Positions 11,665 through 24,309 are shown, numbered from the stretch's first letter. The stretch: 64,000 bases of DNA from Curvularia clavata (GCA_023920165.1 CP089276.1:62001-126000), one strand, 5' to 3'. The notes: generated by a model from the sequence alone, not told the origin. Made by a program: numbers and translations.

Positions 11665-13803
11665 TCAGTCATGGTTACCTCCGCGTCTGCGATGCTTGCC
11701 AGGGAAATCAACCTCGGGATGCACCACTCGCATGTGACGTGTCAGTGCGTCATTGCGGGAAAAGGTCTTCTCCTCGACGCAGAGAGCGCAGCGCACCTTT
11801 TGCTTGCGGGCATTGTGGATCGTGTCCTCGTGACGGGTCAGGTCGTAAGGGCGCGAGAAGACAGTGTTGCAAGGCTTGCCCGTGGTTGGGTTGATGCGCT
11901 CACACTTGTGGGGGCCCGCTTGCGAGTTGCGCTCAAGGATAGCCGCCGACGTCATAGCGGTGCTGAGGTTTGCGCTCCGATGGCCCTCGCGCTTGTGCTT
12001 TTGCAACTTTTGAGGCGTCTCAAAGCGCTGCGAGCAGCCATGATATGTGCATGAGTAGGTGCCAGACTCGGCAGTCGTGGACGCAGGCTTGGTCATGTAT
12101 CGGTCCGATACAATGCTGCTCTGGCTTCCATTAGGAGGCTCTGCTTCGCTCGCACTCGACTCCATCGAGGTCATGTGGGCCGGGAACTCCGGTGTCTGGT
12201 CCACAGCCGAGGACATGTTGCCGGATGTCGACCGATACTGTGATGTGGGGTTCATTGAGAGGCCTTGCATGTTGGTCTGCAGTGAAGGTGTGGCAAAGTT
12301 GAAGTTGGCCGATGGCTGCAGTGACGAAGCAGTCGATGTGGAGAAGTTGGGCGAGAACTGAGGAGTGTTCCAGCTGTCGCGTCGATAAGAGTTTGCTGAA
12401 GTGTCGAAGCTGGACTGGGTGGCGTTCTTGTATTGTTCGCCACCGTTGTATTGGCTGACATACTCGCTAGCACCATTGTCAGGAAACAATGGGACCTTTG
12501 AGTCTTCCTCAGACTCCCGGTAGTCGAGCAAAGCATCCTTGGGCGAGATGGTCTTTGGCTCTGCGTCTTCGTTCGCTGCCATGTGAGACTTCATTGCGTA
12601 AGCCGCATCAGCCTGGCGGTTCTGCTCACGTACTGCCATGGCAGTGCTCATGGGCGAGTTGAACGTGTTGCTAGGCTGCCGGTAAGGGGAGCCTCTGCGG
12701 AAGGGTGAGTCACTTCTCGAGGCAGTGCTGCTTGGCGACTGCGAGCGGGCAAATTGGGCTGCTTGCAGGGCACGCTGCACGTTGTCGTTGGTGTTGCTGC
12801 GGTAGGGCGACAGCAGCGACGATTGTGCTGGCTTTGACTGCGGTACAGAGGTGGTGGCGGCACTGGGCTCGTAGAAGCCAGTGTCGGCAGCAATGTCGGT
12901 GTAGGTTCTTTCAAACTTGGGGACGGGTCGCATGTCTGGCTCGTTGTAAGTACAGAACTCGTCGAAAAGCCAGGCGTCTATGCGGCTGCTGAGTGTCTCA
13001 CCATTTGAGGGCATCTTGAGCTCCATGTCGTCTTGGGCTGTATGGGGTGTCGCTGGGGAGTCGTGTCCATAGCTTGAGACTGACTGGCCTGCAGAGTGAG
13101 CAAAGTCGGGGACGTCTTCGCCAGTGTGCTCCATGAGTGCTTGCTTCATGGACATGTGTGCCGACATGGTGTGGTCCATGTTGACTGGGTTGTGTGAGTA
13201 GTTGTTGAAGTTGTTGGCGTTCATGAAGGAGTCCTGGGTAGGTGTCTGTGAAGGTGTAGGGAGATGGTTCTGGAGGGATCTTTGATGTTGGTTAGCGTGG
13301 TCCGGGAGCAAGGGAGATTTTTCGGGACAAGCAACATACTGGTAACCTGCGGAGTGGCCGACGGGCTGATACTGCGAGGCACTGGAGGCTATTGAAGACG
13401 AGGAAGAGGCGCGTTGGTGGCCACGGGCTTGTCGTTGCGAGGGAGTCTGCAGGGACTGTGGCTGGGCGTTTGCATAACTGTTCCAGGACTCAAGCCCGGT
13501 GCTGGGGTTGGTGGCCGACAGCATCGACGGTTGCGCGAAGCCCTGTGCGAGCTGCGGTGTAGGGGTTGACTGCTGGACGCGGATTGCTGGACTGGCGAAG
13601 TTGGTGTTGGTGTTGTATGCGCTCGGCATGTACGAGTTGAGTGAAGGGTTGGACTGTAGGTAGTCGAAGAGGATCTTTTGGTCGAAGAGAGGTTGGGCGG
13701 CGAATGTCTGGGGTAGTTGATGTTGTTGTTGAAGGGGAAGGTGCGAGGGGGATGGTGACGGTATGGTTGGCAGGTGCTGACGTCGTGTGGGCAGCGCTAA
13801 CAT
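11665..13803 (-). CDS. RPN4: C2H2 transcription factor, Rpn4/Rsv2 family (proteasome regulator)
   Basis: 712-aa ORF; HKCERINPTTGKPCNTVFSRPYDLTRHEDTIH...KTFSRNDALTRHMRVVH matches Rpn4-type fingers; an additional CTYHGC finger upstream. Confidence 0.85.
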   Translation of the reverse strand: MLALPTRRQHLPTIPSPSPSHLPLQQQHQLPQTFAAQPLFDQKILFDYLQSNPSLNSYMPSAYNTNTNFASPAIRVQQSTPTPQLAQGFAQPSMLSATNPSTGLESWNSYANAQPQSLQTPSQRQARGHQRASSSSSIASSASQYQPVGHSAGYQYVACPEKSPLLPDHANQHQRSLQNHLPTPSQTPTQDSFMNANNFNNYSHNPVNMDHTMSAHMSMKQALMEHTGEDVPDFAHSAGQSVSSYGHDSPATPHTAQDDMELKMPSNGETLSSRIDAWLFDEFCTYNEPDMRPVPKFERTYTDIAADTGFYEPSAATTSVPQSKPAQSSLLSPYRSNTNDNVQRALQAAQFARSQSPSSTASRSDSPFRRGSPYRQPSNTFNSPMSTAMAVREQNRQADAAYAMKSHMAANEDAEPKTISPKDALLDYRESEEDSKVPLFPDNGASEYVSQYNGGEQYKNATQSSFDTSANSYRRDSWNTPQFSPNFSTSTASSLQPSANFNFATPSLQTNMQGLSMNPTSQYRSTSGNMSSAVDQTPEFPAHMTSMESSASEAEPPNGSQSSIVSDRYMTKPASTTAESGTYSCTYHGCSQRFETPQKLQKHKREGHRSANLSTAMTSAAILERNSQAGPHKCERINPTTGKPCNTVFSRPYDLTRHEDTIHNARKQKVRCALCVEEKTFSRNDALTRHMRVVHPEVDFPGKHRRRGGNHD

Positions 13804-16800
13804 AATAGTTGTCGGAGGGGAAAAAGTAAGGGACCAGGACCAGAGCGGGTGGCAAGGTGCTTTAATACTAGCGGGCCGGCCGATGACTCGGAATGGCTCG
13901 CCGATTCAAGAACAGGACGACTTGATGAGGTGATCTGGGGTCGCCAGCCGTGGAAGAAGGTCGAAGGATGTGTGCCTGGGTCTGGGCCGGCGGTAGTCGG
14001 AATGCCGGGTTTAGGGGATTTGGAGACGAGGATCCGTCAGTGATTGTTAATGCTTTGCTGAGGGATGGTTTGGAAGCGAGTTGGACGTGATGAGCAGAGC
14101 GGAGACTCGTCTTCATAAACTGAGCCCTATGACGCAAGACTAGACCGTCGGCCGTGTAGGGGTGTGTGCGCTAACAACGCCAGCCTGCACGGGCGGCGAT
14201 CAACAGAATCCACTAACCCTGCATCCCACCGGCGGGGCCCTGTGTCGCCGAAGGCTGTGCACAGCCCGGCTCTTTGTCCCAGGCCCAGTTCTCAACCATT
14301 TTTGAATTTTCTAGCCTGTCCTCGGGTAGCATCCGAGGCGGATGCTCTTGGTCCACCACTGCAAGCGGCTCCCACTATCCGAGGATTCGCCTATGTGCTA
14401 CACACCCGAGCCACGTTTCTGCAAGCCTGTGCCTGGCCCCAAGCTCAGCCCATGGCTGCATACCTGCACCCAAACCCATCGCGCTGACCGTCGACTTGGT
14501 AAGCTGTGTCGGCTGTGGGTTGTATACAGAGCATTATGCGACAGCCGACACCTACGCCCAACCAGTTCAACAGGCAGCCAACTGGCCGTCGCCCTCGTGA
14601 CCGTCGACGCCGGCTGGCATCGGGCGGGCGGAGCAGCCTCGTCTTGATGCGTACAGTATACGCAACCAATGCAACGTCGAATGGACACTTGTCCAATGTG
14701 TATGCGAATGCGAAGGCCTCCAGCCACAGTACAACCCCCGCTGGCTATGGACAAGTCGATCACATGCGCGAACAGGTGACTCACATTCGCCGTTTCGACG
14801 GTCGAGTATGGGTGGGTGCATTATCACGGCAAAGTCAGCTCACAATGTCCCAGGCCGCGCAAGACGTTAAAGGCCACGTGGTGTTCAGCAGAGACATATC
14901 CGTCAATAGCCTACCCCATATTCTGCCATGTACTAATCATAGCTGAGATCTGAATCTGGTGGTGGCCAAACGGTTCCCGGAGTGCTGGTGCTGGCAACCA
15001 AAGCCGCACATCACCCGGATGCCATGCTGAGGCTGGACGTGGCGCTACATCCAAGCAACTGGGTCTTGCTTGAACATGCTAGCACTAAACACTGATAGGC
15101 CTACAGGCACAAGATCAGCCAGAGACCCTCAGCCAACCCGCAGGTGGAACGTGGGCTTCCGCTTCGGCTCTGACTGCACCCTGGATCTGCATACCACAAC
15201 GGAGCCGCCGGTGGGTGCGACAAAGCAATGAGCGACACGCAGCACAGGGAAAAAATCTTCACCGAGAAACCTCCCTTGCACCTTACGAGCTGGACAAATG
15301 CCATCTGCAGGGCACTGCAAACACTGCATCCAGTCGCCGAGCAGTGCTCTAGCCGACGTGGCATCGCTTGGACGGACCAGATCGATTGACATATGCAGGG
15401 TCTGTGGCAGTGCAGCAGCCCTACCGTATGCACAGATCCGCAACGTTGCTGCAACCCCGGCCTCTCCGAACTTCTGGGCCTTCGATTCGCCCGCAAAAGC
15501 CACCAGCCACACTCCGCACGGCCACATCCAGCACTCCAGGCCTCGGTTCGCTGGGCCGGGAGGTGCTAGCACCAGAATGGTAGTACTTTGGCTTTCCATG
15601 CATTTCTACACTTACAAACATAATCCGTATGCCCAGTACCGCACAGCAGACTTTGTCTTCGTGCGCGTTCGTGTTGCTTCTGCTGGCGGTTTTCTTTGTC
15701 GTACCACCGAAGCATTAGCCGCTCGCTTGCACCAGCCATGACGTCATACTCCGAATTTTCTACTCCATTTCCGACAAAGATCCGCGCCCTCCATTGCAGC
15801 CGGACCTATGCCGTTGCGCGCCAACTGCCGCTCGCTCACTGTTTTTGCTTCACTTCTTTTCTATTCTTGTGCATTGCCAATCCAATATACGCCAACAGGA
15901 CATCCTTTCCTTCTTCGCGACACCACCTGCGACCTTGGCTGCTGCGACTGGATATCAATATGCCCATCACCTGCCGGAGCCCCCCACAACAAAGCCATCC
16001 ATCCGCCAACGGCTGGGCGGGCGCCATACCCCTTAGCTCATCGTCCCGCCAATCCGCGGTTGTGGGATGATGAGACCCTGCATCAACTTGATTTTGTCCA
16101 AGTTTCTACTGCTCAACATGTGCTCTGAACGGCCGCCCCTCTGCCGATCATGACGCCGTATCGCGTGGTGCCGTCTCTCTCCACTCACGTCGCTCCTGTG
16201 ACATACCGGCTGCGACCCTGACAAGTTATGCGTCGACACTGCCTTTTACATTATTGCGAGGGCGGGGGGTTATGCCTTTCTATTCCTGTCGTCTTATCAA
16301 TCATGCATACGTCTCCTTCTTCATTGGTAGTCTCCTGGCCGAACATGTTCAGGTCCACGTCAACCCAGAGCTGCTGCTGCAACCCGACACAACTGCCATT
16401 GGGCATCCAAGCCATTCATCAATGCAACATCAACGCAACACTAATTACGTCTGCGGCCCACGCTCGTTTGGCACACCAGAGCATGGCTGAATACAATTGC
16501 AGCATCATACCTACCCCATGCGACACATTACACACAACCCTACGGGCCGTCGCATCATAAACGCGTTTCCTTTCTTTTGCTCCTATACGGCTCAACTCAA
16601 TTCAGTGGGTATCCGCGACACCACTGACGCGACGCGGAGGGGCCTTCCGGACTTCCCCGTTCAGCCTAGTGGGGGGAATGAGATCAGACGGCGACGATTA
16701 CGACGTCAGCACCAAATGCACCCCGTGTGTCTGTCCATTTTTCCATTGCAAAGCAATCCTTTGCATTCTGCCGTTTCTTGGGCCGACCGGCATCCATGTT

Positions 16801-19432
16801 CGCCCGTGTTTCAAGCGATATTGCGCCGCATGCACCCTGCCAAGCACCTCTCGGGCTGACAAGGTTAACTCCGCCCGGCAGCATGCATCCATTGCTGATA
16901 CAAGTATTACAAAGACAATCGGCCTCGCGACCGATGATGCCGTCCGACTCGGCAACGCATGCGCTCGCATAAGCTTGCGTGTATGGAAAAAACCATGGCC
17001 AGGTACACCGCTTGGCGCCCGAAGCGCATCAAGGGCGCATTGTAAGGGTGTGCTGATGGTGGTAGAGTAATGGGCTCAGGAAACAGTAGTTCCAATGGCG
17101 GATACGTACCGCTAGGCTGGCGAACGCGCACGTGCATCGTGACCGTTTTGCGCATTGTCCCTTCAGCCTCCAGATCTTGCCTCCTCGCTAATCTGTGATC
17201 AGTCCCGTTCGCCTCCACATGGTGAGCATGTCAGCTCAGCTCTAAAACTTCCTGCCGAGATTTGGCCCCTCGTGTTTGATAGGATAGCGCCTTGTAATGC
17301 TCGTAACCACTTTCTGTGGAAGCACCAATGAGTAATACGACTTTTCCAAGCCTTGGTTTCCCCTTCCGGTCGTCTTGGTCTTGCACCATCTCTGCACACA
17401 TGGGCTGTTTGCACCTCATCCGAGCGTCATTTTTTACCTATAAAGGCAGATTCAGATCATTTTCAGCTGACATGATACGAAGCCTAAGGATACGAAACTG
17501 TAGACCAGACCAAAGGTGGTTGTAGTTTGGGGAGACACGACCCATTTCTTTCAACCCGCCAATACTACTACTTCTGGCAATCCATTCAAGACGTCGTCAG
17601 TTCCGCTAGAGAAAGCGTCTCCGCTTCAGCCGCATGCGCCCCGCATGCTACCATCCAATATAGTCTTTTTTTAAGCTTTTCTCGTCGCCAATCTTCACAT
17701 CCGACGCGTCCTCTGTTAGATCCCGCCGCGGCTGGCATGTGCGCGTTACGAGTGCTGACTCGTACGAGCCCACTAAACCCTGCAGCTCTGGCGTCCCCAA
17801 TCGTATTTGACTGGGTTTATGCTCTTCTTTTCTGGGAGTGATGCACTTGTTGCTCGTCAGTGTCCGGAATAGGATGTCGTAACGCGTATTCGCGATGGTG
17901 TCAGAGGTGATATAATACGAGACTGGAGTCATTATTGACCAAGGTTGACCACATGTCCTTTTAGCAGCAGATCAACTTGGAGTATATTTAGAATGAGGAC
18001 TCTGGCAGGTGCTATAGATAGTGGTCTCTTAACGAGTGTTTCGTACACTTGGTCTTAATCATCGATCCCATGTCGTTTCAAACTCGCTGCGCTTTTTGTA
18101 CCTCATCACATCGCAATCATATATCTATTATCTAACAACTCTTTTTTAAAAAGATATTGATCAATAATGCATCAAAATTGCAAAACCTCCAGCTTTAGAC
18201 TGTTATACAAATTTTCATAGCGAGGATTTCAGGCCTCCTTTCTCCACGCCTTATACGTAACAACCCCATAATTTCCACAAAACAAGAATTGTAAGGGAAA
18301 GACTTCTGACATGTCACTCTCTTCGAGAAGCTATTAGCACATCTCATGTTTTTCCGGTGCCAGTTTCCAGATTCACTAGCAATTCAGTTGTCTTGCAGAT
18401 TGACTAATTGCACGACTGCAATATTTCTAGGTTGACCCAATTAATCAAGAGGCTAGTCATTGGCATGTCTGCTTTGTATTCTCATTACCTGTCTATTCAC
18501 TGACTATCATACTTACTAGTGAAATCGAGAATGAATAAAGCGGTTTCAAAAACTCAGTTAGAACATTACTTTCTAGTTCTCTTCGGGCTCGAGAAAAATT
18601 TGGTGAACATCGCTGTGCTAACTATTCGAGCAATTGAACAGAGTCTGATAGTGACACAAGCACATATACATAGGCATACAAGATACTTTTCTAATTTTTA
18701 CCGTCTTCCTAAATACCCCAATTCACACCATCATCACTCGATTAATGCATAATGCTACAGCGAATCAGACAAACACATGCCTCTGCAAAAGAAGCTACAG
18801 GAATTGAGAACGAAACAAGGTACGATATCTATCACACCTAGATCGACAATGAAATCAAGACTTTCTTGAGATTCATCCAACAATACCCTTCCTGGCCTTG
18901 TAGACGAATTCTTCAAGTGCCGGGGTTGATAATAAAGTTGGCAACGCAGTTAATTTGCAATATGCCTCTGAAGGAAATCGCGCGATGCCAGAATCTGCTC
19001 TTGTACAAAAATTCCATCCAGACTTCACCTTTATGACTGTTTACTTTCCAAGATGATACCAATCAAGTACACTTCTTGCTATAGCGATTTGCTCTTAGTA
19101 CTTCTTCAATTCTCTAGCGTACTACCTCACCCCTCTCTCAAAAAAAAAGGTAGAGTATACATCTCATACTCGCACATACGGCAAACGTTACAACATGTGC
19201 ATATACACACTCTGAACTCGTGCAATACCGCAGTTGCCATACTTTGATTCAAATATCCAACGTTTAACACCCCCCAGCCATACCATGGTTTCAACGCCGT
19301 ATGTGTGTTTGTGTCCCGCTGTACAATACAATCGCATCCTACCGGACTCAGGTAGTCGCATGAATTCTGCACTCCCCCGCGCCGCCTCCCCCGCCCAAGT
19401 GCATATGAAGCCATATGTATCGTGAGAAGATT

Positions 19433-20268
19433 CTAAGTAAGCTTCTGCTTGATGAAGAAGGAGCGCAGATGCGACAGCTGCCAGACGCAGGTGACACCGA
19501 GGACAACGAGTTGGATAAGTGTCCAGCGAACGACGCGGGAGTTTGTGTGTTCGGACTGGTCGCGGAATTCGGCCTCGCGCTCCTGTTAGACTTTGTTAGC
19601 CCTGTGCTTCCCATATGTACAAGTCCCCCCCTCTTGCTTGCAGCCAAGGGCACATGGGTGGTCAACGTACTCTCTGGAAAACCTGTTCCCTCCTGATATC
19701 AAGTAGTCGTGCGTTCAAGTCCTGGATCTTCTGCACCAGCGTCTGCACCTTGTCCTTGTCCGTACTCTCAATCCTGCTTGTCTCTCCAATCGCCATGTCG
19801 AGAGTGAATTTGACGGTGCCGTGGATACCAGAGTCGAGCCAGTTGCCGCTGCTGTGGACATTCTGAGGAATGACGCAGATCCTGTGCTGGCCGCTGTCGG
19901 CAGCGCTGAAAGTGAAGCGGCCCTCGGCAGATCCTCTTTGGGCTACAATGCGGTGGTTGTTGTCGAATGTCTCTTCGACGGTCACAAAGACGCCAACTTC
20001 GGATTTGGGCAGGTAGGATTTGGTCGCGTCGTCCCAGGGCTCAGCGTGGTAATGACCTGGGATTGTTAGTCGTGTTCTCTTGTCACTCCTTTTGCGAGGT
20101 CATGTAGCTCGAAAAGACTACGGATAGAGGAAATCCCGTACCGACTACCAGTGTATCCTTGGGCAATTCCTCATAGAAGCACTTCTGGACTGCGCCCTCG
20201 AGGAAGAAGTGAAGCGCTTGTGCTGGGACCGCCAGCGCGGCAGCGAGCAGTACTGTTGGTTTCCACAT
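19433..20268 (-). CDS. p24/emp24/gp25L cargo receptor (alpha, Erp1/Erp5-like), 2 introns
   Basis: Signal peptide; [19 protein letters not shown] domain; [20 protein letters not shown] helix; tail FFIKQKLT* (KxKxx retrieval signal). Confidence 0.92.
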
Positions 20269-21005
20269 TCTGGCAATTCGAGCGTCGCCCCGCGAAGAAG
20301 GGATCGATTCGAAGCGCGGAGTCTGGGTGTTGGTGAGCTTGTATACAGTACGCCCTTGGGAATCCTGGGAGCTCGATGTGTTCGAGTTCCAGAAACTCCA
20401 GGTGTACGTTCCGAAAGCGGTTAGGCCTCCGACACGTGCGCCGCTCCCTTGTTTGGCGTGTTGAACCCCCACCACCTGCAAAGTAGTTTACTCTTGAGTG
20501 TAAAACATAGTATACATGCCATTTCCTAGTCTCGGTTGCCAGAATGCGAAGAGATAGGATGGATTGTCGGAAGCATCACTCCGTTGTTCCGGTACTTATG
20601 TTTCCAGAGCTGCAATTGGCTAGATTGGCTGATGGAAATACAGCTTCTGCCTCCTATTGATCGTCGCTTACTGTATCAGACACTATTTGTAAATAATACC
20701 ATCAGTAATCTTCATTACTATTCAAGTAACCGGAGATGCTCCCAGATTCAGCCTTCGCAAAAGATACTCCGGAAGCCAACCCCGCAGCCGCATCTTTTAA
20801 CCTAGGTAATGCGCCATCAGCGACCTCCAGACTTACACCAGCCGAGTAAGATAAACGTGCACCTCAACCTTGACTTGTACAGCTCAAAGAACCCGTCTCC
20901 TTCTTTCGTCTCATCTACATCTCCTTTCTGAGTTTACCATTTCTCAAACTACACAAGCACACCCCATAACAACAGGACCATCTTGTCTAGATTACTACGA
21001 CAACC

Positions 21006-21959
21006 ATGTCTCTCATCCAACCCTCCATCTCCTCCCTCACATCCCTTCAATCCACCCCAAAAACCATCCTCATAACCGGCGGCTCTTCAGGCATCGGTCT
21101 CGCAACCGCCACACTCGTCTCCACCCTCAACCCCAAGCACAACCTCATCCTTCTGGACCTCCAGCCTCCACCTGCATCCTTTACGCACTCGCCCGACCAT
21201 GTCCTCTTCCACAAATGCAACATCACATCCTGGGCCTCACAGCGCGCCGGCTTCTCCGCCGGATACGCCAAATTCGGGCGTATAGACGCCGTGTTCGTCA
21301 ATGCCGGAATCGCCGAGCACGGCGACCAATTCTTCACCTCTACCCTCGATTCCTCTGGCCAACTCGCCGAGCCGGATCGCCGAACCTTGAACTTGGACAT
21401 GGACGCTGCCGTTGACACGACCAAGCTCGCCATCTACTATCTGCGCAAGAACGGGGCCCATGGCGGCAGCATCGTGTTAACGGCCAGTTTAGCCGGGTAC
21501 TTGGGTTCAGCAGGCGCACCGCTGTATTCAGCTGCGAAACACGGAATCGTGGGTCTCATGCGTGCTCTTAAGCAGGAATGTGCCAAACTTTCCATTTCCA
21601 TCTCGGTCGTTGCGCCAGGTATAACCGTCACCCCTATCTTGACGGCTAATAATCCTAGCTTGGGTACCAGTGTGTTGCCAGAAACGTACGCGAACAATAT
21701 GGCCAAAGTAGGAGTGCCGATTAATAAGCCGGAATCCATTGCGTTGGCTGTGTGCTGGTTGGTGAATGAGGGCATCAAGGCGAACGGGGCGGGAATTATG
21801 GTGCAGGCGGATCGGTTCGCGGATGTGGAGAGGGGGCTGGCGAAGAGTAGGGAGGCGTGGATGGGGAGAGAGATGCTGGATTTGTTCAGGGGAGGGAGAA
21901 TGGCGCCGTTGTTTGCGAGGTTGGAGCTACAAGACGACCAGGCCAAGGCGAAGATGTGA
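21006..21959 (+). CDS. Short-chain dehydrogenase/reductase (15-PGDH-like)
   Basis: TGGSSGIG, NAGI, catalytic YSAAK; intronless 317 aa; C-terminal AKM. Confidence 0.92.
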   Translation: MSLIQPSISSLTSLQSTPKTILITGGSSGIGLATATLVSTLNPKHNLILLDLQPPPASFTHSPDHVLFHKCNITSWASQRAGFSAGYAKFGRIDAVFVNAGIAEHGDQFFTSTLDSSGQLAEPDRRTLNLDMDAAVDTTKLAIYYLRKNGAHGGSIVLTASLAGYLGSAGAPLYSAAKHGIVGLMRALKQECAKLSISISVVAPGITVTPILTANNPSLGTSVLPETYANNMAKVGVPINKPESIALAVCWLVNEGIKANGAGIMVQADRFADVERGLAKSREAWMGREMLDLFRGGRMAPLFARLELQDDQAKAKM

Positions 21960-22278
21960 TTGTAATGGGCACTATGAAGAGAAGTGTTTGAAGAAAACGA
22001 GGATGTAGCGAGGAAGATTTGACAAATTATAGTAGAAGCCATTGTGTAGATATACACGTACGCATACGTGTATATTTATGTATTGGAAAAGAGGTTCTTG
22101 TTTGTACATCCAGAACCCAGTTCATCCCATAGAACGCATACATAATGTGACCCCCATTCTTTCCCAGCCAGTCCAGTTCAGTTCAGTTTCCCATTTCCCT
22201 TCCAAAAAAACGCCAACGCTATGCAAATGTCAAACACACAAAGAGAGATGAACGTCGACGACGATGGACCACCAACGC

Positions 22279-24309
22279 TTACTTCCTCGCCCGCTTACTG
22301 CTCATCTCGCTCCCTTGTGAAAAGACACTTGCACTTCTCTTGTGTCCTTGGCCCGACGCGCTATGGCTCGTCGCTCTCGACTGTTGTTTGCTGCTCTCGT
22401 CCTCGCCTTCTGCATCTACGTCGCCATCGTCGCCATCTTCACCCTGGAAGCCACTTTCGTCTTCCTCGCCCTCTGCATCGTCCTCGGCATTGTCGTCTCC
22501 TTCAGCATCGTCGCCATAGTTCTTGTTGACATCATCTTCGTCGTCATTATCCCCGTCAGCATCCGCGTCACCACCGGGTGTGTCTTGTGAATCAGGCACT
22601 TCTTGTTTTGGCTTGGTTTCTTCATCTTCTTCACCTCCATTACCGTTTGCTTGCCGCCGTTCTTTCATGGCAAGTAACACTTTGCATTCTCCCTCTTCCT
22701 TCTCACGTACTTTTCGTACGTCGAGTAGTTTGCTGACCTTTGTAACCAAGACTTCAAAGACCTCGCCGACTTTAGTAGTGGGTATGCTGATGATATCACT
22801 CACACCCAGCGCAGCAAGCATCTGGCTAATCTTCTGTGTTTGGACATTGCTCTTGGCTTGTCGCATCTTGAGCAGCTTATCTGAACCAAAGGTAACACCT
22901 GATGTGAGGCGGTCGTGTGTTGAGACGTTAAAGCGGTGTTCTTGGTGTGGAGAAAGGTGTTTGACGGGTGTTTGGGCAGGTGTTTGCTGATTCTGTGCCA
23001 TGCTTTGCCGGCGGTTCGCAGCGGATAGTTGTTGTTGCGCTGAACCAGGAGTGTGTACCATATCGTTGGCGGAGAGACTGAGCCGACCAGGCCCTGTACC
23101 ACCGCCTGCTGCGCGCTTCTTGCTGCGGTCTTGTTGGAATAGCTGTTGAAAGAGAGCCTGTAGTGCTTGCGACGATGTGAAGGCCTGTAGCCCTGCCGAG
23201 GCTTGCGGGTTCTGTGGTGGTGCGTCGAGACGTGCTCGGAGTTCTTCGCGTTCGGCGTCAAGACGATTGGCAGCCATGTTGATGCGCTGGAGCTCGGTGA
23301 GCAGGAATTCCTCCTCCTTGACTTCATCCATTGTCCGATTGATGAGCGCCGTAGCGAGCATCTTCCGATTCCGTTCCATGACGGGATCGAACTTGGTGAG
23401 CATCTCGTACAGGCTGTACTGGTCGGCATCCATGGAGACTTCGGGTATGCGCTGCTTCATGAGCTTGGCGGAGATGTCGTAGAAGCGTGCTTTGAGGTCT
23501 TCGAGCGAGCGTTTCTTTGACGGCGCAAAAGGCATCGTCGCAAGCGCTTGATCCCCAGCGTCGGCGGATTCCGGCATGTGCAGTCGCGATGGCTGGTAAT
23601 CATAGCGATCCCATATTACAGGCCATCGATACGAGTAGTCTCTCACAACCTCGAACAGGTAGTCTGTCTCTTCGCGGCTCCAGTCGTCGCTGCGCAGGAA
23701 CTGGTCGTACTCCTCATCTGTGAAGCTGGGCATGTCGACCTTGATGTCGTACTTGGCGTAGTCGGAGCAGGACTCGACATAGGTATCGGAAGAGTCGGCC
23801 GCGTCGCCCTCGTGCATCGTCGCGTCGTCGGCTTCCTGTACGGGTGGTGCGGCCGTGGGCTTGCGTCGCCAGTGCCTGAGGACGAGGCCATCGGAGCGCG
23901 CTGGGTTGGTAAAGGGTTGTTGTATCCTGCGCAAAACGTGATTAGCCTGTCTTTCTTTCCACGCTCGCCTTGAAACATACCATTTCTTTGCCGGCCCTGT
24001 GCTCTGTCTCTTCGCCCTGTAGGCCTTCTTCTCCTCGTAGACGGCGACGGGCGGCGGCCGTTCGCCATACAGCGCAGCAACCTCGCGCGCAACGCCCTCT
24101 GGTCGAATGAGAGTCAGTCTCGACCTTTTGACGATTTCCCAAGGAAAGACGTAAGAGTTGCCAAACGTACGTATCTTCCTGCTCCCTCCCGCAGGCTTTG
24201 ACCGCTTCTGTGTCTGCGCCGCCAGTGCAGCTGAACCTACTGTCTTTGGCGCATCACCGCCGGCAGCAGGCAGCCCGAGCATATCGCGCACATCGCGTCC
24301 CGACGCCAT
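22279..24309 (-). CDS. SWC4: SWR1/NuA4 subunit Swc4 (Eaf2/DMAP1)
   Basis: RDVRDMLGL, PFTNPARSDGLVLRHW, SANT domain DWSREETDYLF..RWPVIWDRY, RSLEDLKARFY; acidic tail; introns 24099-24170 and 23927-23980. Confidence 0.93.
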   Translation of the reverse strand: MASGRDVRDMLGLPAAGGDAPKTVGSAALAAQTQKRSKPAGGSRKIRTFGNSYVFPWEIVKRSRLTLIRPEGVAREVAALYGERPPPVAVYEEKKAYRAKRQSTGPAKKWYVSRRAWKERQANHVLRRIQQPFTNPARSDGLVLRHWRRKPTAAPPVQEADDATMHEGDAADSSDTYVESCSDYAKYDIKVDMPSFTDEEYDQFLRSDDWSREETDYLFEVVRDYSYRWPVIWDRYDYQPSRLHMPESADAGDQALATMPFAPSKKRSLEDLKARFYDISAKLMKQRIPEVSMDADQYSLYEMLTKFDPVMERNRKMLATALINRTMDEVKEEEFLLTELQRINMAANRLDAEREELRARLDAPPQNPQASAGLQAFTSSQALQALFQQLFQQDRSKKRAAGGGTGPGRLSLSANDMVHTPGSAQQQLSAANRRQSMAQNQQTPAQTPVKHLSPHQEHRFNVSTHDRLTSGVTFGSDKLLKMRQAKSNVQTQKISQMLAALGVSDIISIPTTKVGEVFEVLVTKVSKLLDVRKVREKEEGECKVLLAMKERRQANGNGGEEDEETKPKQEVPDSQDTPGGDADADGDNDDEDDVNKNYGDDAEGDDNAEDDAEGEEDESGFQGEDGDDGDVDAEGEDESSKQQSRATSHSASGQGHKRSASVFSQGSEMSSKRARK

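Noticed and set aside
14212..14220. Second CTAACCCT (plus strand) upstream of RPN4
   Set aside because: I saw no enclosing helix or pseudoknot-like pairings around it; an 8-mer is expected by chance in 64 kb
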